Of a DNA stretch of 64,000 bases, positions 14,771 to 25,682 are shown one piece after another. Position numbers and translations under genes: made by a program. How positions within the stretch are numbered: position 1 is the first letter of the stretch; each line of letters begins with the position of its first letter. This DNA comes from Mayamaea pseudoterrestris (taxonomy: Eukaryota). Where the stretch lies: NCBI GenBank assembly GCA_027923505.1, contig BROI01000020.1:124001-188000 (forward strand), written 5' to 3'. Under the pieces are notes generated by a model, which worked only from the letters and a program-made list of their open reading frames with translations, was not told the origin of the DNA and did no database searches.

Positions 14771-15042
14771 AAAATATGAAAGTTTCTATTTGCTTGACGG
14801 TACCTGTAGCTCGCCTACCTCGTACTTCGCACCGTCGGCTGTAGCGGTAGGTATGTACTGATACAAGTAATACAAGAATAGCTAGGAATGGATTGAGAGT
14901 CGCACTGGTTTACAGTTAGTCATGTTGCGCTGCGACGAACGACACTTGCATCGCTTCGTCACCATGGCATTCATCTGCTCGCGTTGGTCAAAACGCAGCG
15001 GCATCTTCATATAGAACATAATATCAATTAGCCCTTATAAAC

Positions 15043-15507
15043 ATGTCATCTGGCGTTTCGGCTTGGCATAAGAAACAGCACAAGAAACAACTACTGAAAA
15101 ACAAAACCACTCGCCTTGCCGCCCGCGATGCCAAGGTGATTGAAACCAAGACTGTCGCGGAGATTGACGCTGAGATCCGCAACCTACAACGCCCGTACAA
15201 AAAGAATGAGGATAACATCATGCCACATGCGATTCGATCCAAAATCGATCGATTAAACAAGGAACGCAAACTGCTGCAGCAGGAACTTGAGTCGAAACCA
15301 GTTGCAGCAGCAGCATCCAACACCAAGACTACTACGTTTGTACCACTGGAGCGACCGCAAGTGAGCATATACTACGACGCAGTAATGAACCCATACGGTG
15401 AACCGCCTCCGGGACAGCCGCGCCTGTACCATCGCAAACCTTCCTTGGGTGGAGGCGTGACGCGAACCTTGATGGAGGCGTGGGTGCCGGGTGAGCCAGA
15501 GTTCATT

Positions 15508-15540
<33 letters not shown>

Positions 15541-16947
15541 AGACATGCACCACCCCAACAGAGAAATGCACAAATAAAAGTTAATAAAGCTGATGCATCA
15601 TCGCAAAGGCCTGCTCACAAGCCGACGAACCAGCAGCAACGTTCCTCACGCACAGACGACAAGCAACCATCCGTTGAGAAAGCCAAGACTGAAACCAAGC
15701 AGCAAGAACCACCAGAAGAACCAAAGCAACCTGCACCTATCATATCCAAGTACTTGGTCGATCCCACGCAATTGCCCGAAATGCCGGAAGCATCCGCATC
15801 GGTTCGTCGCCGTGGTTTGAAGCACGACATTTGGGCGTCGAGCGACGAAGTCGACTACGAGGCAACCGTTGGAAGCTTTGTTGGTTTGGATGGAAGCGTG
15901 GCAGTGGAACGAAGCGACTATTATTACATAGACGCGTCTGGATCAACACAGGGACCCTTTCCGGAGGCGAACATGCGGCAGTGGACGAGTGCGGGGTTCT
16001 TTTCAGGTGAAACGTTGATACGAACCAGCAAAAGCAAGCACTTTACGAAACTGGGTCAATGCTCTGCGTTGGCGAGTGCACTGCCGGAAAAGCAAAAGCA
16101 AAATCAAGCAAAGGATGATTTGAAGGATGATAGTGGCTTGGAGAGTCGTATTGCCATGTTGAAGCAAGAGAATGACGATGCGGAGGAAGATGACACTGTC
16201 GAGGCTCGAATTGCCAGACTAAAAGGAAACCATCCGCAACAAATAGATACAGATGCAGAAGATAGAGAAGAAGATAGCATAGAGGCGCGAACTGCAAGGC
16301 TCAAAGATGGGCCAAGCAAAATGCATATGAACAACGAACTGGAGGACGACCACCGGAATGAAGAACGAGTCGCTTCGCGGCAGCATGAGGAGCCATGCAA
16401 CGACAAACAAGACGAAGTAGACGATAGCTTCGAGACTCGTATAGCAGTTTTGAAAAAAGATCATTCTGCAGAGTTACGGAATGACGACGATGATAATACA
16501 AGTGTGGTTGATGAACATGACTTAGTTGCTCGCCCTGTAAAAAGTGCGGAAGGAGGCCACGAGCAAACAATGTTCAAAGCACCTGAAGGTGCATTTGCAG
16601 CGACATATACAGACAATGACACTGACGAGACTACTGCCTACCCTTATCCTGTGGGGGATGCCGATGAGCTTCCAGCGTATCCTATCGACGAGGACGACTT
16701 TGAAGTCGCTCCGTACCCGCTGCACGACGCAGAATATCCAGTTACAGACGAATACCCTGCTACCGATGATTATCCAGCGACAGATGCGTATCCTATCTCT
16801 GATCCATATCCGGATGCAGGCGCAACGGACAACCGAAATTCAGTCGAGGAAAGTCATAGGGAGCCGCCCAAGAAGAAAATAAAGGCGGATAAGGACGTTG
16901 TCGCATTCATTCCATCGCATTTGCACAGACGAAAAGCTAAAAAGTAG
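15043..16947 (+). CDS. Wbp11-like N-terminal domain, polyproline and GYF domain protein (probable splicing-associated factor)
   Basis: Basic N-terminus KKQHKKQLLKNKTTRLAARDAK and SIYYDAVMNPYGEPPPGQP resemble Wbp11. P11 tract. GYF motif YYYIDASGSTQGPF..MRQW..AGFF. Confidence 0.75.
15508..15540 (+). repeat. Perfect (CCG)11 trinucleotide repeat encoding polyproline
   Basis: Seen directly in the sequence, in frame within the 15043 ORF. Confidence 0.9.
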
Positions 16948-16994
16948 GAGCAGTTATATCTTTATAATTATATTTGCTGTATGTATTGACTCGT

Positions 16995-18833
16995 TCATAG
17001 CGGGCGACCAAGTGGCCGTAGGTCGACCGCTCCAATGTCCGCACTAGGATGAGTCCGTTCATATTCGACAACGGTTGCACGAAGCTTCTTCAAGACTGTG
17101 AACACACTCGGTCTTCGTTCGCTTTGATAGTGCCAACAATCTTCCATTATATCTACAAGAGTCTGTTGTATCAGCGTCCCATTTCGAAAGGCCGGATCTA
17201 TACACGGTGTCTCCTTTCGGTGAACAAGTGCTTTGACAGCTTCTCTATGACTCTTCTCATGATAAAATGGCATGAGACCGGTCAGTAGATTGTATAAAAT
17301 GCTTCCTAGGACGTGCACATCGGCGCTTTCATCAGTTGGTTCGCCCGTGTTTTCCTGCGGCGACCGGTACACACTATCAAATTCGCCGTTAAATTTACAG
17401 TACTTTTGATCTTTCTCGTTCCATTCCATGACAATAGCATTGTTGAAATCGTTTAGTTTGATATTACCGTCTTGTGTGACGACCCATTGGAACACTTGTA
17501 AGTCGTCGTTTACAATTACGCCATTGACGTTTCCTGCAGGCGAAAAAGTATACTGTGAGCAACTCACCATCAACAATACAAACCAGCACATTCGCAACAC
17601 AAGCAGCTATCACATACCATGCATGGCTGCCAAGCTTTCCGCCATTCTCAAGGCCAGCTTGAGCCGCTGCTCATCCTCCAAGTCATTCAGCGACGTGCTG
17701 TTATACTCCAGTTGCTTGCGCTGCACCCTTTCTAATGACATGAGTTCCTGCGAGTAAAAGACCGAGTTGCGAATCGACTGACCAGTTTCCACCAAAATGC
17801 TCGTTCCGCAGTGTCCGTAAATGTCAGCCGTCGCTCGACTGTCCAGTGTTTGCGACATGACCAGTGCCTCCAAGTGCACCTGCTTGACGGTGAGTGCGTT
17901 CCAGTCCAGAGCCAGACGCAGATTCTTCATGACTATCGTATTTTGTGTGTCTGTGATTGCTTCATCATTGAGACTTGTAGATAGTCGTTTCGTTTCCTGC
18001 AGCAGCCACGCCATGCGAAACGAGCCTTCACTCAAGTACTTGATGGCATAGTTTTGCAGATTGGATGCTACAGATAGCTGCGGAATGTACACTTCATGCA
18101 TGGAGTTGCAGTTCAAATTGGTTTCAAACGACCACTTTGGTCGTTGGCATTTGCTCTCGTGCCAGGAAATTTCGTCGTAATGCTCGTAGCGAGATGGATC
18201 CTTGAGAATGGCAAGGTCCTGGGCGCTTTCGACTTGTATCTCATGCTCGTCCATTCGTCGCAGTAGTTTTGAGCGGTACTTTTGGTATCGAGCTGGATCA
18301 TGTTCTTGAATAAGGCGAGTTTGTTGCTTTATGGTAGAATCGCTGAGAGGAGTGTAGCTAATGCCTCCTCGATTTGGTCGGTTGCTTTCGTGCATCGGCC
18401 TGTTCGGGAATCGTATGCGACCTTTCGTCAGTGTAGCAGTTTGAGTTCCATTCAATGCATCGGAATGATAGTAGCCATGGAGCAATATGCGAGACTCATT
18501 GTAGATAAAGGGTGAAAGATTTGACGCTGTGGATGCGAGCGAAAATAAAACCATGCAGCAGAGGCAGCCTATTGAAATGACTAGTCGCTGGTGTTTAGGC
18601 CGGCAGCAAATTTGCAGCAGTCGCTTCCATACTCTATTGCTTTCGTTGCCAAAGTAGCCACACCGTTCTCGTCTATTGTCGCTTCTGCAATGGCTTGTAG
18701 CGGTGAATGGTGATCGACTAAAAGTCACTGGAAGCACTTGTTGCGGTGACGACAAGAATCGCTTGCGATGGTGAATCGACTCCCTTCCGGGACTACCAAG
18801 GTTAGATTGCTCGGCAAGCTCTCGTCGGCTCAT
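16995..18833 (-). CDS. Type II membrane atypical protein kinase (PKDCC/POMK-like), paralog A; intron 17534-17617
   Basis: ORFs 17610..18929 and 16995..17600 are joined by an 84-nt GTATGT...TGCAG intron, giving MHG|NVNGVIVNDDLQVFQW. Motifs: LSEGSFRMAW, VMKNLR, IYGHCG, KLNDFNNA, YRSPQE, ADVHVLGSILY. Hydrophobic segment LVISIGCLCCMVLFSLA. The start Met is uncertain. Confidence 0.8.
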
Positions 18834-19141
18834 GGTGCTCTTCCGACCACACTTGCTTCCGACGTTGTCATGAACAGTGATGAGGTGAGCGATTAGAGTG
18901 CCATGGTCGCGTTGGACATTTCGATGCACTCTCCAGTGTCCCTAAAATCGGATATGCGCATATGCAAGCACTCAACATTCGAGCGATACGGAGTAAGCCA
19001 GGCATGCGCGCAACGCGCACGTTGCAGACAAAGCGATATTGAAAAGAAGCAACTTCCATTCGTGACGTCAGAAGCTTGATTTCAAAATTTCAGATGACGA
19101 CGAGCCATCACTTTTTTGCCTGGCTCGTCGGGTTCAATAAA

Positions 19142-20482
19142 ATGTCGAAGCTGTCGAACAAATGCTTGTCCGTTTTGATTTATAGTCTTGTTTGCCTAAA
19201 TGCAAGAGCTGCAGAAAAGAGAGGCTACGATTTTGGCGTCTGGCAGCCGGTGCCAAAGGGTTTCAATTGGGTACACAGACGAAACGGCATTACGCACTAC
19301 TGGAGCCCATCCCTTGGCGTTTGGAAACACTACAATCTATCGTCACTACTCGATAATCCTATAGAACCAGAAGCATGGACGCAAGGTCGTATGGTCAAAA
19401 ACTGGATATTATTAAATACGACAGCCTTTGAACTGTGGTCACTCTACGAACCATCTTCCGTCGGCCACTGGCCCGTCAGTCGCGCCGCACGCATTGATGG
19501 ACTATTGGAGGCGCACCATGTGTACGTCAAGACACCCTTTCGCATTACGCAGCTTCCAGGCGTTTATTTGCCAGCCAGTGTCGACTTTCCGGAAGGTCAC
19601 GACAGTAGCCGCGTGACCATTGTGCAGGCGGACGCTGCCACCTATAGTGGACCTCGATGGCTGCCGACGAGTCAAGAGGCAGAAATACTACAATATCTAC
19701 AGGATCAAGGTGACGACAAGTTTTTCTACAGACGATGGTCCTTTTCGGAAATGTGGTTGTCCGACACTGTACATGGCTGCAAGGAGGGTCGCAAGATGGG
19801 CTTGTTTGTGCAGTATCATGGCATGACGGGCGAACTACTTCAACTGATTTGCATGAGGGAGCGTAGTATGATGCCAACGACAAGTCCAGAAGCGCTCGTG
19901 TATTACAATCCAGATGTCGACTGCGACTTGGATCGCATGGAGCAGGAGTTAACAAAACTTAATGACAAGACGGAACGAGCAGTATTGAAATCACCCGCAT
20001 CGAGAGCCTTGGCCAATGGCGAGCCAATCGAGCATGTATTAGAGTTGGGAGCATGGGATAATTTCAATGCTCGCATTGTTCAGTGCAAAGGCTTGCTAGG
20101 ACCGGAAACGGCCTGTGTTGTGAAGGATCGACTTGCGGACGAGCTCGTTTACGCCAGTCCCTATTTGAATGACCCTGATTTATACCTCGATTTACGGTGG
20201 AAAGATGGCATGTATGCCAGAATACCCAAACGACTAGTACCAGAAATGGATGACATTTGCCTGGAGATTGGCGGGCTGACGTGCAAGGGCGACTTTCACC
20301 GTCTCATGGCCGTTGGCAGCCGACGTGAAGGTAGCATACATACAACTGTTTATGAACGATGGAGCAAAAAGGAATCTACACAGCCAGTGCCTTCCTTTTG
20401 GGGAGCGGACCGGCAAGGGCAGGCGGAGCGTGGAGCATCAGATGCAAGGGACAAGTCACAACGAGGCCAGTACAGAAGATGA
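19142..20482 (+). CDS. Predicted secreted or organellar protein, possibly DUF3598-like beta-barrel
   Basis: Long ORF with a signal-like LSVLIYSLVCLNARA. LFVQYHGMTGELLQLICMRER and CLEIGGL..FHRLMAV resemble DUF3598 by recollection only. Confidence 0.55.
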   Translation: MSKLSNKCLSVLIYSLVCLNARAAEKRGYDFGVWQPVPKGFNWVHRRNGITHYWSPSLGVWKHYNLSSLLDNPIEPEAWTQGRMVKNWILLNTTAFELWSLYEPSSVGHWPVSRAARIDGLLEAHHVYVKTPFRITQLPGVYLPASVDFPEGHDSSRVTIVQADAATYSGPRWLPTSQEAEILQYLQDQGDDKFFYRRWSFSEMWLSDTVHGCKEGRKMGLFVQYHGMTGELLQLICMRERSMMPTTSPEALVYYNPDVDCDLDRMEQELTKLNDKTERAVLKSPASRALANGEPIEHVLELGAWDNFNARIVQCKGLLGPETACVVKDRLADELVYASPYLNDPDLYLDLRWKDGMYARIPKRLVPEMDDICLEIGGLTCKGDFHRLMAVGSRREGSIHTTVYERWSKKESTQPVPSFWGADRQGQAERGASDARDKSQRGQYRR

Positions 20483-20971
20483 CGAGTTTTGAAATATTAG
20501 TAGCCACTACTCTTTAGAATTTGCAACACTTTTGCATCTATAGGTACTGTTAGCATTTCGGTAGCTTAAGTACTTACGACGTACCGGTACGACGTTACAT
20601 GATCATTTGCGAGTACCGGTACCGGGATGCCTGCCAGACAGCCGTTCGAATACCGCAGCGACAGCTTTTGGAGCCGTTGACTTTGAATTATATAGCCATT
20701 CGTTGTCAGACAACGGCATTCGAGTGTTTGCGATCCAAACGATCCAGCAAAACGACTGCTACGTACACCATCGTAGAGCTGTACTGGAGTAGTGTCTGCG
20801 ACTTGCCCATTGCAGCCAGCATAGAGTAACACGGGATTATCGCAGAGCAGAAATCTTGAAGACGGAAGTGCCATTGCCTTCTAATCGGACGAAAGATCCT
20901 CAACCACCGATAACCAGCCAGCTACACAAGTGACAAGTAACACACCTTCCTTCCATTTGTAGTTTGGGATC

Positions 20972-22528
20972 ATGAGCAAAACTCCTTCTGGGCTCCAAAA
21001 TTCCCAGAACAAGCACGCTTGTGCCTGTAACTGGATCGAGTGTCGCACATACTTTGAAGATATCCACCGAGACGCCAGTGTGAGCCATCCCTGGAATCGA
21101 GACATGGTCACCATTAAACTAAACAAGGGGTGCGCCAAAAGTACTGCGTTGTGGTGCTCCGTTATTTATCACCTCAACCTCAATCCGTCGGCGATGGAGA
21201 CTGACACGCTTTATGTGGCACCTCATCACTGGTCCGTAGAGCTGCTTCGCGACATGGAGAAAGATGGTCGGAAAATGAGAATGAGTACACCACTGACGGC
21301 CAATCAAGCGGCAAAGTACGACACTGAGTTTCTTAAAACGTCTAACTCGGGCGTAAGAGCGTTATACGTTGAAGCAAACAGAGCTGAGAATCTTCTTGGA
21401 CGCTACAATCATTCTTTCACGATGGAAAAAGAGTGGAAGAAAAAGAAATACGAGTTCGTCCGTGCCCCAACTGTCCTCAAGAAAGAGGTAGCCGAGTTTG
21501 TCGCTTCACTGCGGCCTGCCAGACAGGAACCCTCAACATTGACAGAAGCGGAAATGCGACCTGCAATGCAAAACACTCATGTCAATGGACAAGGACAAGG
21601 CAGACCCGACGCTGACATTGCTTCAAAACGAAAACGGGAAAGTGATTTGGAGATGGATTATACAAATAAGCGAGCTAGACTTCATTGCTCTTCCCCTGTA
21701 ATTCCAGATGAGACTCAAAGCGCACCACGGGACAATGTTGGAGCGGGACGACGAATGCGTCAGACAAAGTTGAGTTTGACTGCTGTCCCTAAAGTTGGAG
21801 ATTCACGTCATGGCGCCAGAGCTGTCGAATTGACAGATCAAGACTTCTCTCGTGTCGCACGAGTTGATTTTACTCCTTCCAACCAAAGCATCATTTTGAG
21901 TCTGCTTAAAGATGTATCGAACACCGAAAATATTGAGGTTATCACGACAGCCCTCAGCAGAATTGCGGACCACTGCGATGATGAGGATGAGCAAGCGATT
22001 ACTCATAACGACGAATTTTTGTTTGCTGGAGGGTATGTCTGCATTGTTGAAGTCCTGAAAAAGTGGTCGGAAGTTGGATCGATTATCGAGCAGGGTTTGC
22101 GTACTCTGGCAACCGTCCTGACTGGTCATGCGAGTAAACCGAGTAACTTTGGATTAGCGGAAGCAATACTCACGGCCATGCAGGACTATTCTGATGACCT
22201 GAATATTCAAGTGACCGGTCTCGACGCTCTTCGCCTGCTGCTGGCTGGCAGCCCCGATAATGTCGAAGTAATGGTGTTAGCCGGTGGATCTCAAATTGTT
22301 CTTCAAGCCATGGCTAGCTTTTTCGACGACTTGTTTGTTCAATCGACTGGATGTAAGATACTTCGCCAAGCAGGCCGTGACGTCCGCCTTGCAAAGTTAG
22401 TTATGATGACACCCAATTTTGCGAGTATACTCTCGAACATTATGTGTCAGAGTGCTGATAAAAATGCTCGGGAGGAGGCCAAGAAAACGCTCTCAACCAT
22501 CACAAAAAAAGTGGACGTTTCGACATAG
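20972..22528 (+). CDS. Hypothetical protein with a Cys/His N-terminal domain and C-terminal armadillo-like repeats
   Basis: 518-aa ORF. C-terminal helical repeats (AGGYVCIVEVLKKW, AEAILTAMQDY, AGGSQIVLQAMASF) are typical of ARM repeats. N-terminal CACNWIEC...YVAPHHW. Confidence 0.7.
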   Translation: MSKTPSGLQNSQNKHACACNWIECRTYFEDIHRDASVSHPWNRDMVTIKLNKGCAKSTALWCSVIYHLNLNPSAMETDTLYVAPHHWSVELLRDMEKDGRKMRMSTPLTANQAAKYDTEFLKTSNSGVRALYVEANRAENLLGRYNHSFTMEKEWKKKKYEFVRAPTVLKKEVAEFVASLRPARQEPSTLTEAEMRPAMQNTHVNGQGQGRPDADIASKRKRESDLEMDYTNKRARLHCSSPVIPDETQSAPRDNVGAGRRMRQTKLSLTAVPKVGDSRHGARAVELTDQDFSRVARVDFTPSNQSIILSLLKDVSNTENIEVITTALSRIADHCDDEDEQAITHNDEFLFAGGYVCIVEVLKKWSEVGSIIEQGLRTLATVLTGHASKPSNFGLAEAILTAMQDYSDDLNIQVTGLDALRLLLAGSPDNVEVMVLAGGSQIVLQAMASFFDDLFVQSTGCKILRQAGRDVRLAKLVMMTPNFASILSNIMCQSADKNAREEAKKTLSTITKKVDVST

Positions 22529-22974
22529 CTTGCACGATCAGTGTATAGCAAAATTTAATTAGTAGTGGTGTAAGTTCAAGATTTGAGCCTCATTGGTATT
22601 ATACAAGTAGTCTCTGCCTGTTTGAACCGTAATCTTCTGCCAGGGCCGCACTATTATACGTCGCATGCCGAGCAATCGTGCGTTATAACTTCATTTTAAG
22701 CAAAGTCTTCAGCCAGTTTGCTCTACTACTACCTACTTACCGAGTGAAATATGCGTACACTTATTGAACCATCCATCAGACGATGCGGCGGCGAAAGCTT
22801 GATGAGCAAAATCTATCGCGCTTGTTCGTCGAGAGTGCGAGGAAAGACACGCCCCACAAGTTCGTTTGGATGCACAAAAAAAAAACTCCATTATCGACGT
22901 TATGATCTTTTTATAATCGCCTTGGGCACTTGAAAGGTTCGCGCGCATTGTGCAAGTCCTCAAATGCGAAGAAA

Positions 22975-23859
22975 TCAATTTTGTTTCTCCTTTTCCATGT
23001 TTGCGTCACGCTCCAACCGGTTGACGTAGGTGTAGCACGAGAATGCCACAAAGAGACGTCGATACCAAACGAACTGGGAAGCGTGCAGCGCCATGCATTT
23101 CCAGTTCAACCTTGGTTGAAGTAGATGGTACTGGACAACGTTTGCTTGCTTTGTCGTGATTGTCAAGGAGGATTGCGGCTGCGCCTTTGTCCATCCAACA
23201 AAGAAGAGCAACGAGAGGCACCAGTAATGAAAAAGTCTCATCCACTCTTGGATTGGCAAATATTTTGCAGCTGGGTTTCTGACAGTGGTCAACGTCCATA
23301 GAGTAAACGTATTGGCGTGCATTTGGCAGAATTGCTTCGTCGCAAGGTAGGTATCAACGTGATTCACATGCCCCGAGACGCCCATTGAGTCGAACGTAAT
23401 CATTCTTACTTGTTTACAGCATATGTTCTCCTGCAGTATTGCATCATTGATTGTTTTGGAAATAATTTTGGCAGTGTAATCAACGTTCCATCGTCGCACC
23501 ATGTGATCAGATATGTTACTGTCGTCGACAATCAGCAGCTTGTTCAGTCGCAACGTTTCGGCCACGGCGCCTAGTTCGCGTCGGCGCGTCTCGCCCAGAC
23601 CATGAAAATTTCCCGTCGTGAGGCAAAGTAGCCACAGTGGAACGTGTGGTTGCTGCATCTGCAGGGCTCGCATCGTTGGCAGGAAAAACATGGACTCGTC
23701 GTCGGGGTGTGCCGTTACGATAATTGTCAACGACATGATGTCATTTGCTTGACTTGCTGGCTCAGTAAATGTATATAATTGCGCTACAGGTTGGTGTCGC
23801 AGGTGAAGGTGAGTTAGAGCGTTTGGCGGATCATGGATCATGATGGTGGTCGTTGACAT
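22975..23859 (-). CDS. PIGL: N-acetylglucosaminyl-phosphatidylinositol de-N-acetylase (GPI anchor biosynthesis)
   Basis: AHPDDESMFF, LCLTTGNFHGLGETRRREL, TFDSMGVSGHVNH, HASQFVWYRRLFVAFSCYTYVNRL. The true start may be a downstream Met (MSLTII). Confidence 0.93.
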   Translation of the reverse strand: MSTTTIMIHDPPNALTHLHLRHQPVAQLYTFTEPASQANDIMSLTIIVTAHPDDESMFFLPTMRALQMQQPHVPLWLLCLTTGNFHGLGETRRRELGAVAETLRLNKLLIVDDSNISDHMVRRWNVDYTAKIISKTINDAILQENICCKQVRMITFDSMGVSGHVNHVDTYLATKQFCQMHANTFTLWTLTTVRNPAAKYLPIQEWMRLFHYWCLSLLFFVGWTKAQPQSSLTITTKQANVVQYHLLQPRLNWKCMALHASQFVWYRRLFVAFSCYTYVNRLERDANMEKEKQN

Positions 23860-24029
23860 CCATCGCGGCGCTCGTCGTCCGTTTTCGCGATTGGTGCCTC
23901 TACGACACTCTTAGTCGACCTCCGCATTGTTTTGTTATTATCAACTTACTGTAAATGCCTCGATCTCATTGCCCAACGCCTGGGCATCATATGCAGCCAT
24001 TGCCTCTTCCTTTCTTGCAAATGAAGATT

Positions 24030-25277
24030 CTAGTCTCTTGATGGACTCTTATTATAAAACAGTCCAGGTAGCTGGCCAAAGCGGACAATCTGCGGCGGCG
24101 TTTCTAGATTCCGATCAAGCTTACTGATCGCCAGAGTCAGGCTGGAGACGTAAGGCAGCAGCTGCAACCTGACATACTGTGTCATGCATTCTGCATAGGG
24201 AAGAACCATTGAAATGGTGCTCAAGGAAACAATCAAGAATCGATTTTGCCGCATGATGAATGTAAATTTCAAAAACTCGCCATATTTTGCAAGGTGCGAA
24301 TGATCCGTCTTCTCGTCCATCAATATATCCGCGTCGTCAATAAAAAGTACAACTGAGCTGTCGCCAAGCCATTTTTTGATCTCCCACGGATCAAAGGTGT
24401 AACTCTGGTTATAGAAGTTGTCGAATGCTAGTTTCCAGTCATTGCACTGACCCGGATCAATGCTGGCTTCAAATGCGATTCGCCGGCAAAGTGCTTGCAA
24501 TGGATTAGACTTCTCTTCGTCTCGCACAGGCGAATGGCCGCTATAACTGATAAAGAGTACTGGCAGGTTGACTCCAAGATTGATTTCGTTCGCAATTTCT
24601 TTCAGACTCCTTGTCTTTCCACCGCCAGTGCATCGTACAAATGCCATTGGTAGCACCTCATCATACTGTTTTGTAAGTTCCTTCCTTATTGTTGCAATGA
24701 TGTTGCTCATCCAATCAGGCTCACAAACAAAGTCAGCAGGTTCACTTTCATTTATAGGGGGCGGACGTATGAGCTCAACGTTTTGTAGTGAGCTGTAGTC
24801 AAATGTTTTGGCTTGTTCAGCTGTTGCACGATTTGTCGTCTCTGAATGCTCGTCAATCATTGAGTAAACATGTCCGCTCGTCAGCCTGCGAAAGTTATTT
24901 ATGCCAACAACATCTTTGGTGTCCGTGTCACGCAAACAAGCCAGCGCATTTATTGCTAAAAGTCTCCGTAACGACTTGGCGCTCGTCACGTTCACATGGA
25001 CCATCGTTCCATTGCTGGCTTGGCATGTTATCGACTTGGTCTTCCAAAGGGTCGTCGTTGAGGCGGATGGCAGTCGAAGCTGCTCTGAGCGTTGCTTCAA
25101 ATTGCGACAAGGAGTTACAAAGCCTTGCACTTGCACATATTGAGCACAAAGTAAAAGAGTAATTGAACAGATCAGGATCATTGCAATCATTGTGCTCGTT
25201 GAGTCCTTTTGTCGTTTTATGCTTTGGCGACAGATTCGTTGTTGCCTCCATGGATGAGAACCGTCTTTGTTCGTCAA
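24030..25277 (-). CDS. P-loop NTPase domain protein with a signal/plastid-like leader
   Basis: Walker A-like RCTGGGKTR and Walker B-like VLFIDD. Hydrophobic leader MIAMILICSITLLLCAQYVQVQGF suggests a start at that internal Met. Confidence 0.65.
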   Translation of the reverse strand: MTNKDGSHPWRQQRICRQSIKRQKDSTSTMIAMILICSITLLLCAQYVQVQGFVTPCRNLKQRSEQLRLPSASTTTLWKTKSITCQASNGTMVHVNVTSAKSLRRLLAINALACLRDTDTKDVVGINNFRRLTSGHVYSMIDEHSETTNRATAEQAKTFDYSSLQNVELIRPPPINESEPADFVCEPDWMSNIIATIRKELTKQYDEVLPMAFVRCTGGGKTRSLKEIANEINLGVNLPVLFISYSGHSPVRDEEKSNPLQALCRRIAFEASIDPGQCNDWKLAFDNFYNQSYTFDPWEIKKWLGDSSVVLFIDDADILMDEKTDHSHLAKYGEFLKFTFIMRQNRFLIVSLSTISMVLPYAECMTQYVRLQLLPYVSSLTLAISKLDRNLETPPQIVRFGQLPGLFYNKSPSRD

Positions 25278-25682
25278 TAACGCGCGATGCCTCGCCTGCC
25301 ATTACCTATGCGACGTCACGGAAACGCGCCGCACGCCGCTAGCAAGACCAACTCGCCAATCGTCCTGACTCTGGATGCAAAGTGGGCAGATTTTTTGAAA
25401 TGCTTTGTGTCACCAGCGAGCAATTGACCTGTCTGGCCTACCTGGATGGCTTGGTTTATACGCGTCTTCGCAAGACCCGCATAAAATTGGACGAAAGCAC
25501 ATAGAAAATATCGCATCGGTACTCGTCATTCGTTCGCTCATTGGAACAACATCCCATCCATCCGCCGATCGCCGACCTTGCTTGTTCACTCACCGAGTCG
25601 CTCCATAAATATATAAGCACTCGCACGGCGTGGCTCTCTTTAGAAGACAAATTGTTGCTCTTGTTGTTCATAGACAATATCC

